Part shown: piece after piece, positions 25,332 through 39,336 of the stretch
Layout: every line of letters starts with the position of its first letter
Numbering within the stretch: the stretch's first letter is position 1
Assembly: GCF_009914755.1 (NCBI RefSeq)
Contig: NC_060934.1
Direction: 5' to 3' (one strand)
Origin: the human T2T-CHM13v2.0 reference genome, Homo sapiens
Length of the DNA stretch: 64,000 bases
Notes under the pieces: generated by a model
What the model was told of the DNA's origin: nothing
Database searches by the model: none
Seen by the model: only the letters and a program-made list of their open reading frames with translations
Position numbers and translations under genes: made by a program

Positions 25332-26469
25332 TTCCATGGTATAGAGGAGTGTGTATGCTTGGCTTGAGGGAAATGAAGAAAGACTGTGAAATTTAAAGAA
25401 AGACAAAGAGAAAGAAGTGGGAGAGAGAGTCATGCTCAGAGTTCACCTGCTGATGTAGAAGCCCTGATTGGCCATTCCCTGAAGATGAGGTGGAGGCTCC
25501 TTTCTGTATGTGACCAGGACAGAGAATGCTGCATCCCACAGGGTGAATCTACCAATGACTGATAATGGAATTGTTCATCCACCTTCAAATGCATAAGGCA
25601 AATATACAGACTTAAGTATGAGAACAACTCATCATTGTAGCACTCTGTATAAAAGCACAATTTTTGAATTAAACTCAATTTTGACAGTAGTGGATAACCA
25701 TAACCCATTCATTAGATGGAATTACCATGCAGTCACCATGTTTTAGAGACGACCCTCAAACCCCTCTTGAATACAAAGGCTGAGGAGGGAAGATGAAGGA
25801 AGAGGGTGAGGGTCTGGGGCCCTTGACTCTTCCTCTCTCTTGAGGTCTCTCTGTCCCAGCACCTGGGCAGGTAGGGAATCCCGAAAATCTGGGGATTTTC
25901 CTCCATGTCCATCACTCTCTTCCCTTTTCTCTCCACCTGTCTTGATTAAAATCCAGATTGTCCAAGCGATGGCTGCTAATCCACAAAAGTCACCCCTCTA
26001 TTCTCAGACTCACTGAACTCCAGTGACCCTGCTTTGCTTGAGCACTGTAAGACCTTCTGCCCCCATTCCCCAGGGTACATGCTCCTGCCGGCCTCTCTGG
26101 GCCCCACATTTGGGAATGAATGCCTCACTGGCAGTGCTCTCGCTGATTTTCTCCCACAAGTTCAGACAAGATCTCAGACTGGCCCTCCTTTAGAGGAATG
26201 TTTCACCACATGCGATGATGAGTATGGGTTATTTTTAAAAGCAGATTGCAATGCAAGATTCAAGGTATGAACCACTTGCTACAGTTATAAGCAGTAAAGA
26301 ATTAGCTACTGTTATCTTCAGATGGTAGGGACTCATTTTCATTGTCTTACTAACACTTTTCAGTATTTTCAGAAGTTTCTGCAATGAATCTTCAGTAATT
26401 GTATTATCAGAAAAAAGACACAAACACAATGAATACAGAATGATTTTGAGTATGGGATAGCGAGTTGCA

Positions 26470-26945
26470 TGGAGAAGCAGACCCGTTCACTGATTCACTG
26501 TACATGTAAGCACGTGCTACACCAGGGGCTCATCTGAGTTCTCCAGATACAGCAATTAAAAGGAAAAAAGGATGAGGGCTTCAGTCCTAGTGGAACTGAG
26601 CATTTTCATGGGTGGAGGGCATGGGCATAAATAGCAAGGGGGTGGGGGCTGCAGGTTGAAGGGGCATCCAGGGAACACCTGATGAGGAGGGTGACATTTT
26701 AGTGTACTTCTAAGGGAATAGAGGATGGGGCCTGTGGGGACCTGGAGGAGTGGAGCTCCACCCCGAGGCACAGCAGGTGCAAAGGCTTGGAGCCTGGATG
26801 CTGGTGAGCAGTGAGGAGGCTGAGGGGTGGGGGGAGACTTTTTTAAGACAAGAGAAATAGTAGTGTGTGTTTGAGTAGGCAGGGATGATCCAGCAGAGAG
26901 GGGAGAGTTGATGGTGCAGGAGACGATGCAAGAACTGGAAAGTGA
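26470..26945 (-). mobile_element. Probable degenerate L2 fragment
   Basis: TTCACTGATTCACTG...GTGCTACACCAGGGG...GATACAGCA...GAGGAGGGTGACATTTTAG...AGGTGCAAAGGCTTGGAG resembles reverse L2. Confidence 0.45.
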
Positions 26946-27511
26946 GGTATGTGGAGTCGCATCTCCCTTAAAAATAGAATGGGGAGATTTTGCATCAAAT
27001 AGGATAAAACAGATTATTAGCTGTTTAGCATAATAATCTTAAAATGATTAATTGATGATTTTGCCTGAATCCTCAGATGAATTTTTCATCTTGCAGCCTT
27101 GTGTGCTTTTTAGGTAAGAGAACCCAATGGTCATTGTATCTGGGAGCGTTTCTTTGAAAGCAAGGTGTTTTTTGAAAGTAGCATTTGGCCATATTAAGTC
27201 CACCAAATCTTTTGACCACTGTTCACTATACACTGGCTTTCAACTGGATTCACCTTTTGTTAAATGCGGTCAACCACGGGAATGAGTGACCTTGCGACTT
27301 TCACAGGGGACTCACTCCTAAGAGGTGGTGTTCAGCCAGGGGGAAGACCTAGCAAGCCGTGATTGATTTTAGTTTGTTTATTGGATGCTACATTAGCTAT
27401 CTATTGCTTTGTGACAGGTTACCTCAAGAGTTAGTATCTTAAAAGAACAAACACTATATCTAACTTCCTGTGGGTCAGGAATCCAGGAGCAGCCTCACTC
27501 TTGCTGTAAGA

Positions 27512-28035
27512 CAGCGGTCCTGTCCCCAACCTTTCTGGCACCAGGGATGGCTGGTTTTGTGGAAGACAATTTTTCCATGGACTGGGGGCTGCAGGGATGG
27601 TTTCAGGATGATTCAAGCACATTATATTTATTGTGCACTTTATTTCTATTAATATTACATTGTAATATATAATGAAATAATTATATAACTCAGCATAATG
27701 TAGAATCAGTGGGAGTCCTGAGCTTGTTTTCCTGCAACTCGATGGCCCCACCTGGGGATGATGGGAGACAGTGACAGATCATCAGGCATTAGATTTTCAT
27801 AAGGAGTCTGCAACCTGGATCCCTTACAAGCACAGTTAGCAATAGGATCCCCACTCCTATAGGAATCTAATGCCACTGTGACCTGACAGAAGGCAGAGCT
27901 CAGACATAATGTGAGTGGCAGAGAGTGGCTGTAAATATAGATGAAGCCTTGCTCACTAACCTCCTGCTGTGCAGCCCAGCTCCTAACAGGTCCTGGACCA
28001 GTACCAGTCCTTGGCCCGGGGGCTGGAGACGTCTG
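27512..28035 (-). mobile_element. MER1A hAT-Charlie DNA transposon
   Basis: CAGCGGTCC..CCCCAACCTTTCTGGCACCAGGGA...GTGGAAGACAATTTTTCCATGGAC...CTCCTGCTGTGCAGCCCAGCTCCTAACAGG...; about 525 bp. Confidence 0.88.
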
Positions 28036-30275
28036 AGTTAAAGCATCTAACTCTGGGGTTTTGTGAGGGGTACATATAAAGTGGTTTGGAATCATGTGGG
28101 ATTATTGATATTATTACAAAGAATAAATCTGATAGGGTCTCAGAGAGCCGGGAAGCACAGAATGATAAAAAAGCTAGTGTGGGTCAAGATGTTAAAGGGG
28201 CAGGGAGTATTGAGAACGGTGAGCTTGCATATGCCAGCCTGAGCCTCCACTCTCTCACTGAGGAGCCCAGCAGTTTATCATTTGAGCAGGAAAAGGGTGC
28301 AGGGGAGACCATGAGGGCGTGGGCACCACCCAGCCATGAGTCTCAGAGGCAATAACCCCATGAGCACAGACCCACAGGCAAAGCCCTGGGAGAAGTCCTT
28401 TCAAAGCTTTTCAATATGTGTGAAAAAAATTGCAGCTGAAATCCCATAATTTCATTAAAAAAATAAAGAAACAAATGTAGGTTGATTTTTAAAATTATTT
28501 AATTAAAGTGGCATTTCTTCACATTTTCCAAACCTCTGTAGCCTCAGAATGGCTTAGACCCTAAAGTCCTCTTGATCTAATGACGAAACCACTTTGACAC
28601 TTTGAGGACACAGGTGGATGGGCCAAGGCGGCTGTGCTTGGCAGGGTTGCAGGGGCTGCATTCTACATGGTGCCTCTGCCCACTCTATGCCGGTTTTGTG
28701 GCTGGGGAGGGTAGTGTGGTCTGGAAGAGTGGCCGGTATGATGGACAAGGCAGCTGACGTGGATGGCACCGGGGGTCCTGGGGGACCGGAGAGGACGGAC
28801 TGGGTCACTTGGTCACAGTGTCACCGGAGCCCCAGGGCAGCAGCAGGAGGAGAGGCGGCAGATGGGGTGAGAAGGGCTGCAAGGCCAGGTAGGTTCTCAG
28901 GATGTTAGGCAGGCAGCTGAGCGGGGGTTAATGAACAGAATGCAATGGAGATTGTTTACAGACAGTTTTGTAGAGAACAAGCTTAATCTGAAAATTTCAG
29001 ACATAACTGTCCTGAAATGCAGGGTGCGGCAATTAAGGTGAAGCAATCTATTTATTCCCATCATTCACCATCAGATGATTTTACTGTCTCCACCTAAAGC
29101 TGTTCTTACAAAGAAGCGTGCGAGGCCTCTCAATATTGTGCTGCTCTGAGGGTTCCAGGGATAGCTGCCGTCCGCCTCTGTGGATAATGACTCACAGGGA
29201 CAATGAGAGGTATACTTGGGAAGTTATTTGAATTTGGAGATCAAATTTTGCTTTGATTGATTTTTTTTTTCTCTTAAGTATTGCTTCCCTAGCTATTCTA
29301 GGATCAGAAAGTGACAAAACACTTCACGGTGAATTACAGTGGTTTAATGCCTTATTTTAAATTTATGTTTACCATTTTATCTTCTTGTTTTTTGTTCTTT
29401 AGCTGAGGTTCTAGTACACATGAATGCTTTACCAGCCATTAGCTGTGATTAGTGGAGCTGCAGTGAATGACGGTAATGTGAGCAGCATCAAATGTTGACT
29501 TGCTTTTATCAGAGAGCAGAGAATGTACAGAATCAGCTGTGTGCTCAAATTCACTTTGCTAAAACGCTAGTGTTTTCGCTCCCTACCCTGGAAGCATAGG
29601 TGATGCTTTTTCTCTCCTGAGTAGAGCTTGACTAGGGTCAAGGCCATACTTATCGACATGGCTGACCATGTTTCTTGCCTTTCAGAAGCAGAACATTCCA
29701 TGCATGAAAAATGGTGAGAAATGGGTACAAAGAGAACTGGGGAATAGGAACAGCTTGGGAGTAGAAGAGGTGAGCACCCCTAGGCTTCAAAAATCTCCTC
29801 TCCTTTGCTGTTTTTCCTGTGGGCTGGCCTTTGTCCCAGAAGCCAGAAGGCCAGCCACAGGTATTTACATATTCAGGCAACACATTTTGTGCTGCAGTGA
29901 TTTCTTCTTCTCAAGGCAACAAATCCAAATGGTGTTCCAGGAGAGTATTTTCGGTACCTTTTGATTCCTCCAAGTATTTTTATTTCAAAGGAAAACAGTC
30001 CTACTTTTCAACAAACAGAGGGCCTGGCGCTGGACTAGAATCTGCAGGATGATGTTGCTTTCTGCAGTAATTGAGAATCAGAAGCCTGGTTTCTCAGGTA
30101 TTTTTATCTTCTGCCTGTGTGTGAAGTCAAAAATCTTACTCCATTAAATAAACACACATTGACGTGCTAATCAGAAAGACAACACTGGCCTTATAACAGG
30201 AGGAGACTGATGGGGAACAAAAGAATCACACCCTCCACTGAGGACAACCTCTCCAGGGACACCACAGTGGTGAAC

Positions 30276-30380
30276 GGCAGGAAGTGGGGTTTTTGTTGGG
30301 CAGGAAGTAGGGTTTCATTGGGCAGGAAGTAGGGTTTCATTGGGCAGGAAGTGGGATTTTCTTTGGGCAAAGGGTTTCCC
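30276..30380. repeat. 22-bp tandem repeat, 4 copies, each with CAGGAAGT
   Basis: Unit GGGCAGGAAGTAGGGTTTCATT; CAGGAAGT cores at 30278, 30301, 30323 and 30345. Confidence 0.9.
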
Positions 30381-32044
30381 CGGGGCCTCCTGACATGGCT
30401 TCACGTGTTCCTCTCTTCAGGTACCTGGTCCAGAGTGAAGAGGGAGATACACCCCACAGAAAAAGTTTAGGATTTTTATTTCATCAAATGGATATCAAAA
30501 TTATTTCCATCACAACAAACATTGTTTCCAGAAAATATGCCCTTTTCCCCTGGATTCCTTTACAGGTGCTTCCTTCACGCGGTGTCCCGGATTCCTGCAC
30601 CGGCGCACAGCTCAGCACCGCGGCCCCGATCTGCCCAGGACCTGCCCATAGGCGCCTCCTTTCACTGATGCCACCTCAGATCCACCTCGTCAGAGGAGGC
30701 AGAGGGAAGACTCCGAAGGAGGAATAGAGGGGTGTGTCCCACGGGGCTTCAAATCCTCATGCACCCCGTTTTCCAGAATTTTCTGTGAACGTTTGTCTGC
30801 CCCAGTGAGAGCTCATCTTAATCTTGATTTGTAGCGTCTTTGGCCAGTGGTCTTCTCACAAGCAGGCATTTTCTCCACATTGTCTTTTGAATCCGGTTTC
30901 CTAATGTAGCCTTTGAGACGTCCTGATGCGGAAAATTAATCTTGTTACTTGATGAAGATGGTGTTTGAAAATCGATCCCGTGGCCTGGTCTGTTAGGTGG
31001 AGAGTGGTTCCTGTGCAGAACTGTGCCTCACCTGAGGACGGGCAGACTCGGGCTGTCTGGAGAGTGTGGGTTAACCACTATACAGGGATGCCTTCCTGGG
31101 CTTGGTTCGGCACAGTTAGACTTCTCCAAATGTATACATTTCATCTCCTTTCTTTATAAACTAGACATTTGGCTCAGAAGACTGTGAAGATGAAGCTTGG
31201 TTAAAGCTGTTTCCTGCAGGCAGCACAGAATTCAGACCTTTGTCTGATTGGTCCTCTGCTTGTTGGGGGACCAGCCCGGTCCACACACAGCAGAATCAGC
31301 ACTGGTCAGTGGGAGAGGTTGCAGGGGGCTCTAAAAAGAGTTTCTGGCCTCCATTTTTTCTCATCATGAAAAATACTGTATTCAGAGTTGTTAACATTCT
31401 ACAATGTCTTAAAGCCTAAGACCCAGGTCCCTTCAGGAAAATGACACGGTAGCTTGTGCTCACATGAGGGTGGAAATGACAGGTATGCAATGCTGGAAGG
31501 CAGAGGCAAGCCGCAGCTCTGTCTGGGGCTCTGCTCCGTGCGGGCTGCCTTCTGTCCCTTGGGGTTCCAGTTTCTCCATAGCAGAGATTCTAGTTTAACT
31601 CGTATCTTTTGATGCCTGTTCAAAGTGGAAGATTATAGGAACTCAGGGGAGTTTTCTATGTTGCAGGAGAGGTGAGAAGATCAAAGGGGACGAAGAAAAG
31701 GGACCCTGGGCTCCCAAAGCCAGGGTGCCTACCTGCAGTTTAACCAGGGCAGACCCCACACCAAGCCTTGGTCTGAGAAGCCCAATCTGCTCCTCAAAGG
31801 AAAGAATGCATTTACTTGGGAAAATCTGCCCTGACTAAATATGTATTAATTTTCAATGGAAAGGGAAGTATGAATATGTTTGCCTCCTTCCTGGTCAGAA
31901 TCTTTCAGCCAGGGTCTGTGCTGGCAGACAACAAGACACAAGGCCCTTTAGTCAAGACGCCAATCAAGAATTTGCAGGAAAAACTACAAGAAGAAGAATG
32001 TTCAAGGAGAGGCATGGGCTTTGGGGGCAGCCGGGGTCCTGGGA

Positions 32045-32190
32045 GACATTCAGGTTCAAGTCCTAGTTTTGCTAAATTCAATATCATTTTAGGGCAAGAT
32101 TTTCCTTTTCTGTAAAATGGGAATAGTAGCATCTCCCTCCTGGGGTCACAGTGAGGATTTGACGAGGATGTACACACAGAAGCACTTGGC
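32045..32190 (+). mobile_element. MIR fragment
   Basis: CAGGTTCAAGTCCTAG...GGGCAAG...CTGTAAAATGGGAATAGTAGCATCTCCCTCCTGGGGT...GTGAGGATT. Confidence 0.65.
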
Positions 32191-34653
32191 ACACACCACG
32201 TCACCATCACATATGAAATCCTTTTTCCTTCTTTCTACAGTCACTGCAGAATCCATCCTCCAGCCTGCAAGCCACACCTGTGAACATGCAACCCTTGCTG
32301 TATGTGAGCAGAGGGCTGAGGGCATGGGTGGAAATCCATAGGAGAGGACTGTGGTGGTGGACGCAAGACACACCTGAGGTAAGGAAAGGAGGAGGCCACG
32401 CAGGGAACATTTTAAATATGGAGGGAGGAGGGGAGGTCACGTCGGGTCCTGAGAAACCTTCTCAGCCTCCATGCTGACCCCATTGATCTAAACTAAGAAT
32501 GACTGTTTCATAGGTATTTCCTGCTCTAGTGCTGAATGAGTCTCTCTATGGAAGTCGCTAAGTGGAGACCTACTTATGTTGCCTTTTATAATAAAGCTAG
32601 TACAGTGTTTGTGCTAAGTCTCTTAAGGGGATGGTTTAGACTTTCTGCAAATTGCTACAATGTACACAGCTAATTAATAACACAAGTTCCCTCTGATGAG
32701 GGGGAAAGTATTTCTTGCCTAAAGAGGGATGTTGTTTAGTCTTGTAAAACTGTAGTTATGTCTTCTCTACGTCCTGCCAAGCATGTCTTCATAAAAATTA
32801 GAAAGAATCCATCTGTTTTCTTGCCACAGACTCTAATTTCTTTGTGAATCTTATTTGGATTTGAATTCCAATGAGCAAGCAGCAAGGTTTGTGCAATGTT
32901 TGTTAGCTGCTGACTATGATGTGGAAGCCGGGCTTTCTTTTCCATTTTTCCTTTTCATATTGTCTTTACTTTGGAGAGACTTTTGATCTGAAGGAAGCTG
33001 AATTATGTGTCATTAGAAAGAGTGACCCTAAGCACAGGTGGTGACTTGAGCTTCCAAGGGGGGAACATTCTGAAAGTATCTTCAAAGAGTGCTAGTGGGA
33101 GAGTTCCAATGATGCTTCCCATGCTTTCTCTCTGTATAGATGACCCCATGCCTAGCTCTTCTTACAGGAAGCCCTTGGCACGTCAACACACCCCTCTCCT
33201 TCCCTTACCTCAACCAGACAACTACCTTAGCAGCTCAGCTGTGTTATTGAGACATTTCAGCATGAAATTTGTTTTTCCTCACTGAACTTTAAGCAGAATT
33301 TCAAGTGCCAAGTCTCTAAAGCCAAGTGGGGCTATTAAGAGATAATTACTAATTATGCTAATTTGAGAAGTTGCTGCTATTTCCTTCCTGGTCATTTTAT
33401 GTGCAGCTCTCCTGAGAGCACAGTCCCCTCGCAGGGCTAATAACCTTCTCTGCAAAGTGCTCAGTCGAGGACGGTTTGTCCTAAACTTCCACGCCTCAAA
33501 ACCGGGAAGGTTCACAGTTGAGCGGAAAGGGTGGCTTTAGGGGAGTCTATGTCCTCATTGTTAATGATTTATACTAGTTATTACAGCTTCTCACAGGCCA
33601 GCAGTAGCTATTCCTTTATACTCAGCCCAGAAGAGTATATTTAATTTCTAACCTGGCTGTGGTTTCCCCCTCATCATCTCTGAGTCTTAATAATGGATCC
33701 CAAGCATTGGAACTGTCCTCAGGGCCCTGCAGCACTAAATCAGAGGCTGGGGCCTTGTGTGACATTGATAATTACCATCCTTTCTCCAAAAAAGTTACTA
33801 TTTAGGAGAAATATAATGGATAAGCAAAAGCAATTGCCGAAACTCCCTGGGTTTGAGTTGATCCTGCCACTGGGACACATGCACCCAGAAGATAAGCTGG
33901 AGGGATAAGGATGAGATGCCTGGGAATCCAGCCTGCACTTGGGTGCTGGGGGCACCTTCCCCTCCTTCCCACTGTCCTTGCCACTTATTCACGGCACTCA
34001 CAGGGCAGGGGATAGATGAGGCTGGCTGGTAAATCTGGTGTGCTGATCAGTTTATCTGGGTTCACACCACACTACCATCAGCGTGGACTGCAGAGAGGCA
34101 CGAGGAATGCCGTTGGGCACCTGACTGTGAGCTCCCGCAGACTCTCAGGCTCTTGCAGCCTCTCAGCTTTCACACCATGCTCCTACCTTCAGCTTCGTCT
34201 TTACTGGCCAGAAAGACCACCCTGGGGCTTCACCTTCACTCCTTGTCTCATTTCTCAGCTTGTTCAGGCCAGTGTGAGGAGGAGGACAGCTTTGATACCT
34301 CCACAGATGCTTCCCAGGCCTGTCCGGTGGTCCTTCAGGGTCAAATGTAACCAACCTAGAGGATCTAATTTTTGGCCCAACCCCCTGTGCTCTGCATTTC
34401 CATGTTTGAAAGTCAGTTCTTGCAAACTCTCAGGGCACCATCAGCCAGTGACGTGTGTTACTCTGAGGCCTGGCCCACCCCGAGCTTGCCAGGCCCCAAA
34501 ATAGGCTCACAATGGCCAGGGACACGGGTACCTAACCTCAGCATCATCTGGGATGCCAGGCAGCCCCATCTGGAAGCTCAGGGCTGGATCTCAGGTGTTA
34601 GTCCTTCCTGTTTGGCCAGTGGGGAGCTGACTTACACTTAAAACATGAGAAGC

Positions 34654-34737
34654 TGAGAACAAACTCAAGGTCTCCTATCTGTGAGAACAAACTCAAGGTC
34701 TCCTGTCTGTGAGAACGAACTCAAGGTCTCCTATCTG
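34654..34737. repeat. 28-bp tandem repeat, 3 copies
   Basis: TGAGAACAAACTCAAGGTCTCCTATCTG at 34654, 34682 and 34710. Confidence 0.92.
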
Positions 34738-35727
34738 GAGGGGAACCCGCTGGACACCCGGTGCCATGCTGAGGTCACAGATCTGAAGGACGCACCTGGG
34801 AAACTCCTACCCCTGGCGGAGACCAGCATGGATCCTAGGAACACCACCATAGCTGATGGGAGCACTGAGAATGTTGATAATTGGCACTGATTTTGTTCTT
34901 CTGCTCTTTGATATAGAACATAGTCTCATAGAGGATTCCTTACTAAGGTGTTTTCCTCCACTTGACAAAGAAGAAAACGTGAGAATAACAAGAGAGCTGG
35001 AGACCTTTAGAGCTGATTTCCAGCTGTGTGATCTGAGGCAATTCCTCATTTCTCAGGAACACAGTTGTGTCTTGTATGATAGCTTCCAACAAATAGGAGT
35101 TACAGGCATTGCCAAAGCTCTCGAGGCTAAAGATTTATTTCTCTTTCCCATGAAAATAAGTAATGAAAGAGTTTCCCTCCTGCCCAGGCTCTTATAGATT
35201 TACATGCACAGCTTCCTCCTTTATAAGGACTAGGATAAGAAGAGGCTCTGACATTTCCAGGCTATTCCAGGTTCTAGTAGAATTCTCATAGCTGCCTAGA
35301 ATTTCATACAACTCTGAACCATGCTATCAAGCCCCCCAAAGCATCCTGATAAGAAATTAAAACCTAGACAAATTCTCTGGGTAGCTTATTCATTTAATGT
35401 TAGATGGATGTTGACTTTGGATTTTCCAGCCTTCTCCAAATGCTCATAATTTTAGTTACTCAAAATACACCCAGTAAAAATACATTTACAAATTATAAAT
35501 TTGTAAGATGTATTAAGAAAATACAACAGTTGATAATGTTCGAAGCTGTATTTAAAACAGATATTCTCAAATTCGTGCAGGAAGCTTCCTCCAGGACAAA
35601 GACCTCAGTGACAATGACTATTTTCTTTTTATGACTCAATATTTGCTTATCTCCTGACACACAGTAATTGCTCAAAACGCGTTTTATACAACCTAGCCTA
35701 GCAGAAATGCAACAGTTTATTATGTAA

Positions 35728-36319
<592 letters not shown>

Positions 36320-38262
36320 ACCACCATTACTTTCACTGCATTGGTCAAAAATGATTTTTCCTACTAACACGAAGCTCCTTAGTCCCGACAGCAGGGTTTT
36401 CATCAGTCATGTGTACTTCCCTGTGAAATAGTCTATCAAATCATTTCCACTTGTCAACTAGCTGACATCAGATTTTAATAGTGGCCAGTTTGAGAAAAAA
36501 AGCATAGTTGTTAGGAGTCAGGCGATGGAGGCTGCAGACATGGGGCGCCTGGAGGGTACCGCTCACACCTGGGTGCCGGCGAGGGGACCGCACATACCTG
36601 GGGAGGTGTGGGTGATGGGAGGCGAAGGCAGAACCTGCAAAGTCCCATTCAGTTGATCTGTTTCAAGAAAGCTTAAGTGGATCCTACAGCGCTTGGGATG
36701 AAATTCTCTCTTCCCCGGACCGGCATCCAACCACCTTACCACAGAACTGTCTCGCCATGTGGAGAGTTAGAGAAGAACATTAGAACATTAATCCGGGCAG
36801 TGCTGCTCCCAGCATATTACAGTAGGATGGGCAGGGGGCGAAGCTTGGTGAAGGAGGTGGGAAAGGAGCCCAGTGCACTCTTGATAAATACAAACAGAGC
36901 TGCCATGGCTCCGTGGGTGTAAATGGCCACAGCAGGACGGTGCTGCAAGACTTTCTCACGTGGGTTCCAGGGGGTTCAAAGAGCATTGGCAAAGCCACAA
37001 TACTCTTCTATTTGGTCAAAAAGCAATGGGAAGAGAGTGTAGTGAACCTCAGCACCTGGGCTGCAGAAGCCTGTTAAACAAGCGCCATGGCCAGAATTCC
37101 TCCTGCTGCAGTACCTGGATACCTCCATGGGTGAAGTGCCATGCTCCGGTCCCGTGGGGAACATGGAAAGATCAAAGTCACCCTTGACACTTTAAAGCAA
37201 ATTGTCAATGTATTGCATGTCCTCACTTCCTTGAGGACACAGAGAGCGCCAAGTTGGAGGACTCCGGTTACAGACGTACATAAAATGATATCTGCCATAC
37301 AAGCATGGGCCAGGGTCAGATGCCTGGGGACCCAGTGGTCTACTGAACGTGCTTCCTGGAGCTCTGAGGGCAAAGCTTAGTTCCTTGTTTTGCATAAAGA
37401 GACTCTGTGTGTGATTTCACTTAAAAGATATTTCATTGCTTCAAAAAACATTTGATGGGAAAACGTGTCTAGAAAATTTCAGAGGAAGGTACTCTTTGGA
37501 CTGGATTGGTACTAAAACCAACCAAACAAAAACCAATGGACATTTCAGCAGTTTCTATTTAAAAATTGACGCCAGGATTTGAAATATTACAGTCAGTGTT
37601 CCACATGAATTTTGCACTGGGTGGAGGAAGGTTGGACGATTTAGATTGCGTTCGCAGCTGTCATTGTGAAGCACCTCCGTAAACGACGTGTGAGTGTCGC
37701 TATCTAGAACCGGCATGAGGACCAAACGGAATTTAGGCACCATGTATTTTTTAAGGCTAATTGCCAATCTCTCTTTCATTTATTAAAAACCAAAGCTAAA
37801 ATAATTCACTTACTGAGCATGTCTAATCTGCATGAAGCCTTTACTTCATTGGTCAAAGATGCCTCTAGGCACGCATCTGAACCAGCCAACGCCCATTTAA
37901 TGCCTTTTTGAATCTGTGCACACTTTCAGAATGTGGAAACAGTCTTCTCTGTATTCAGCCTGAAGTGGTAAAAGCTACGCCTGGGTCCTAACTCCCTTCT
38001 TATGTTTCTTATTTAAGTAACTTTACTTGTCTTTCATTCTTTTAGATACATACCCTCCTCCCACAGAAGGCAGGAAGATCAATACCTGCCTTTGCAGACC
38101 TGACACATCCGTGCCCATCTGAACCTTAGAAAGTGGCTCCACGAAGCCTGTGAGGGCTTTCATTTACCCAGGGGTGTATTTTATAGCTGATTCTCACTGG
38201 ACAGCCCATTGGAACCAGCTACTCAAAAGCCAGATGCTTCAGTGAAGCCTTAACAAGGGGCT

Positions 38263-38453
38263 ATTTTTTAAAATTATTATACTTTAAGTTTTAGGGTACA
38301 TGTGCACAACGTGCAGGTTTGTTACATACGTATACATGTGCCATGCTGGTGTGCTGCACCCATTAACTGGTCATTTAGCATTAGGTATATCTCCTAATGC
38401 TATCCCTCCCCCCTCCCCCCACCCCACAACAGTCCCCGGTGTGTGATGTTCCC
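38263..38453 (-). mobile_element. 5'-truncated young L1PA 3' end (about 190 bp)
   Basis: TTATTATACTTTAAGTTTTAGGGTACATGTGCACAACGTGCAGG...CCCTCCCCCCTCCCCCCACCCC; perfect 11-bp TSD AACAAGGGGCT at 38252 and 38454. Confidence 0.95.
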
Positions 38454-39336
38454 AACAAGGGGCTTTTATCATCATCATAGCCAATTAGTGATATCTGCTC
38501 TCATTCTTTCCTAAGTCAAATAACCTAATTCTTTTCTCTCTGTGGTGTGACATCCTGGTTTGGTTGCTTTTATTAGAAAGCAAGAAGTCTCTAAATCATT
38601 CTGTTTCCCTTTTTGCCTTGACTGCCAGGAAGCCCAGCATTTCATTCGATGCTCAGTTGCAATAGTCTTATTATCCCCAGATTTTTCCAGTCTACGTGGA
38701 AGTGTATTTCCATTGGCAGAACTTTATCTATGCCTTTTATGGCAATCCTGTGAAATTCTTTTTGGAAATAAGTAGGGTTTGAAAATGAAATAAAAGTCAC
38801 TAAGTGTGTTTTTAATATTTGTTTTTTACTGTACAAATAGATTTTGATTGAGAAACTTTCAAGGTTGTTTAATATTAAATGTGATTTAAAAAAATTGTAG
38901 ATGAAAATTGACCCCCAAATCTAGGAAATGTAGGAAAGCTTAAGTATCCTGAAGCAGAAACCCAGCCAGTGGTTCCACATCTGCTTCTCACCAGTGTTTC
39001 CTCATCTGGCCTTCTTCTATCATCTTACAAAGGTCCTGAGAAGAAAATCATATGCTAGTTCTTATTTTCAAGCAGTTGAAACTAAACCCATTAATTTTAT
39101 GCAAAAAAACAAAAACAAAAACAGGTATTAGAAGTACACAGAGCACTCCTGGAGCGACCAGCTGGTGCCGCTGAGGAAGCCAGGAGGCTCCGGAAGGTTC
39201 CAGAGCTGCCTTGCAGCACAGTTAGGCAATGGCCTCCAACACCGCTGCTCACCCCTCTGCCTCAGTGGCTGGCGCAAGCTCTGCACACCCTTCCGAACAG
39301 CAGCAGGGCTGCAGGGAATGCTGCCTGCAGGTGGTG

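Noticed and set aside
24162-25433. Long ORFs (401, 374, 301 and 177 aa) on both strands
   Set aside because: They arise from a stop-free 42-bp (multiple of 3) VNTR. The ATG of the longest lies in an Alu end, and there is no other sign of a gene.
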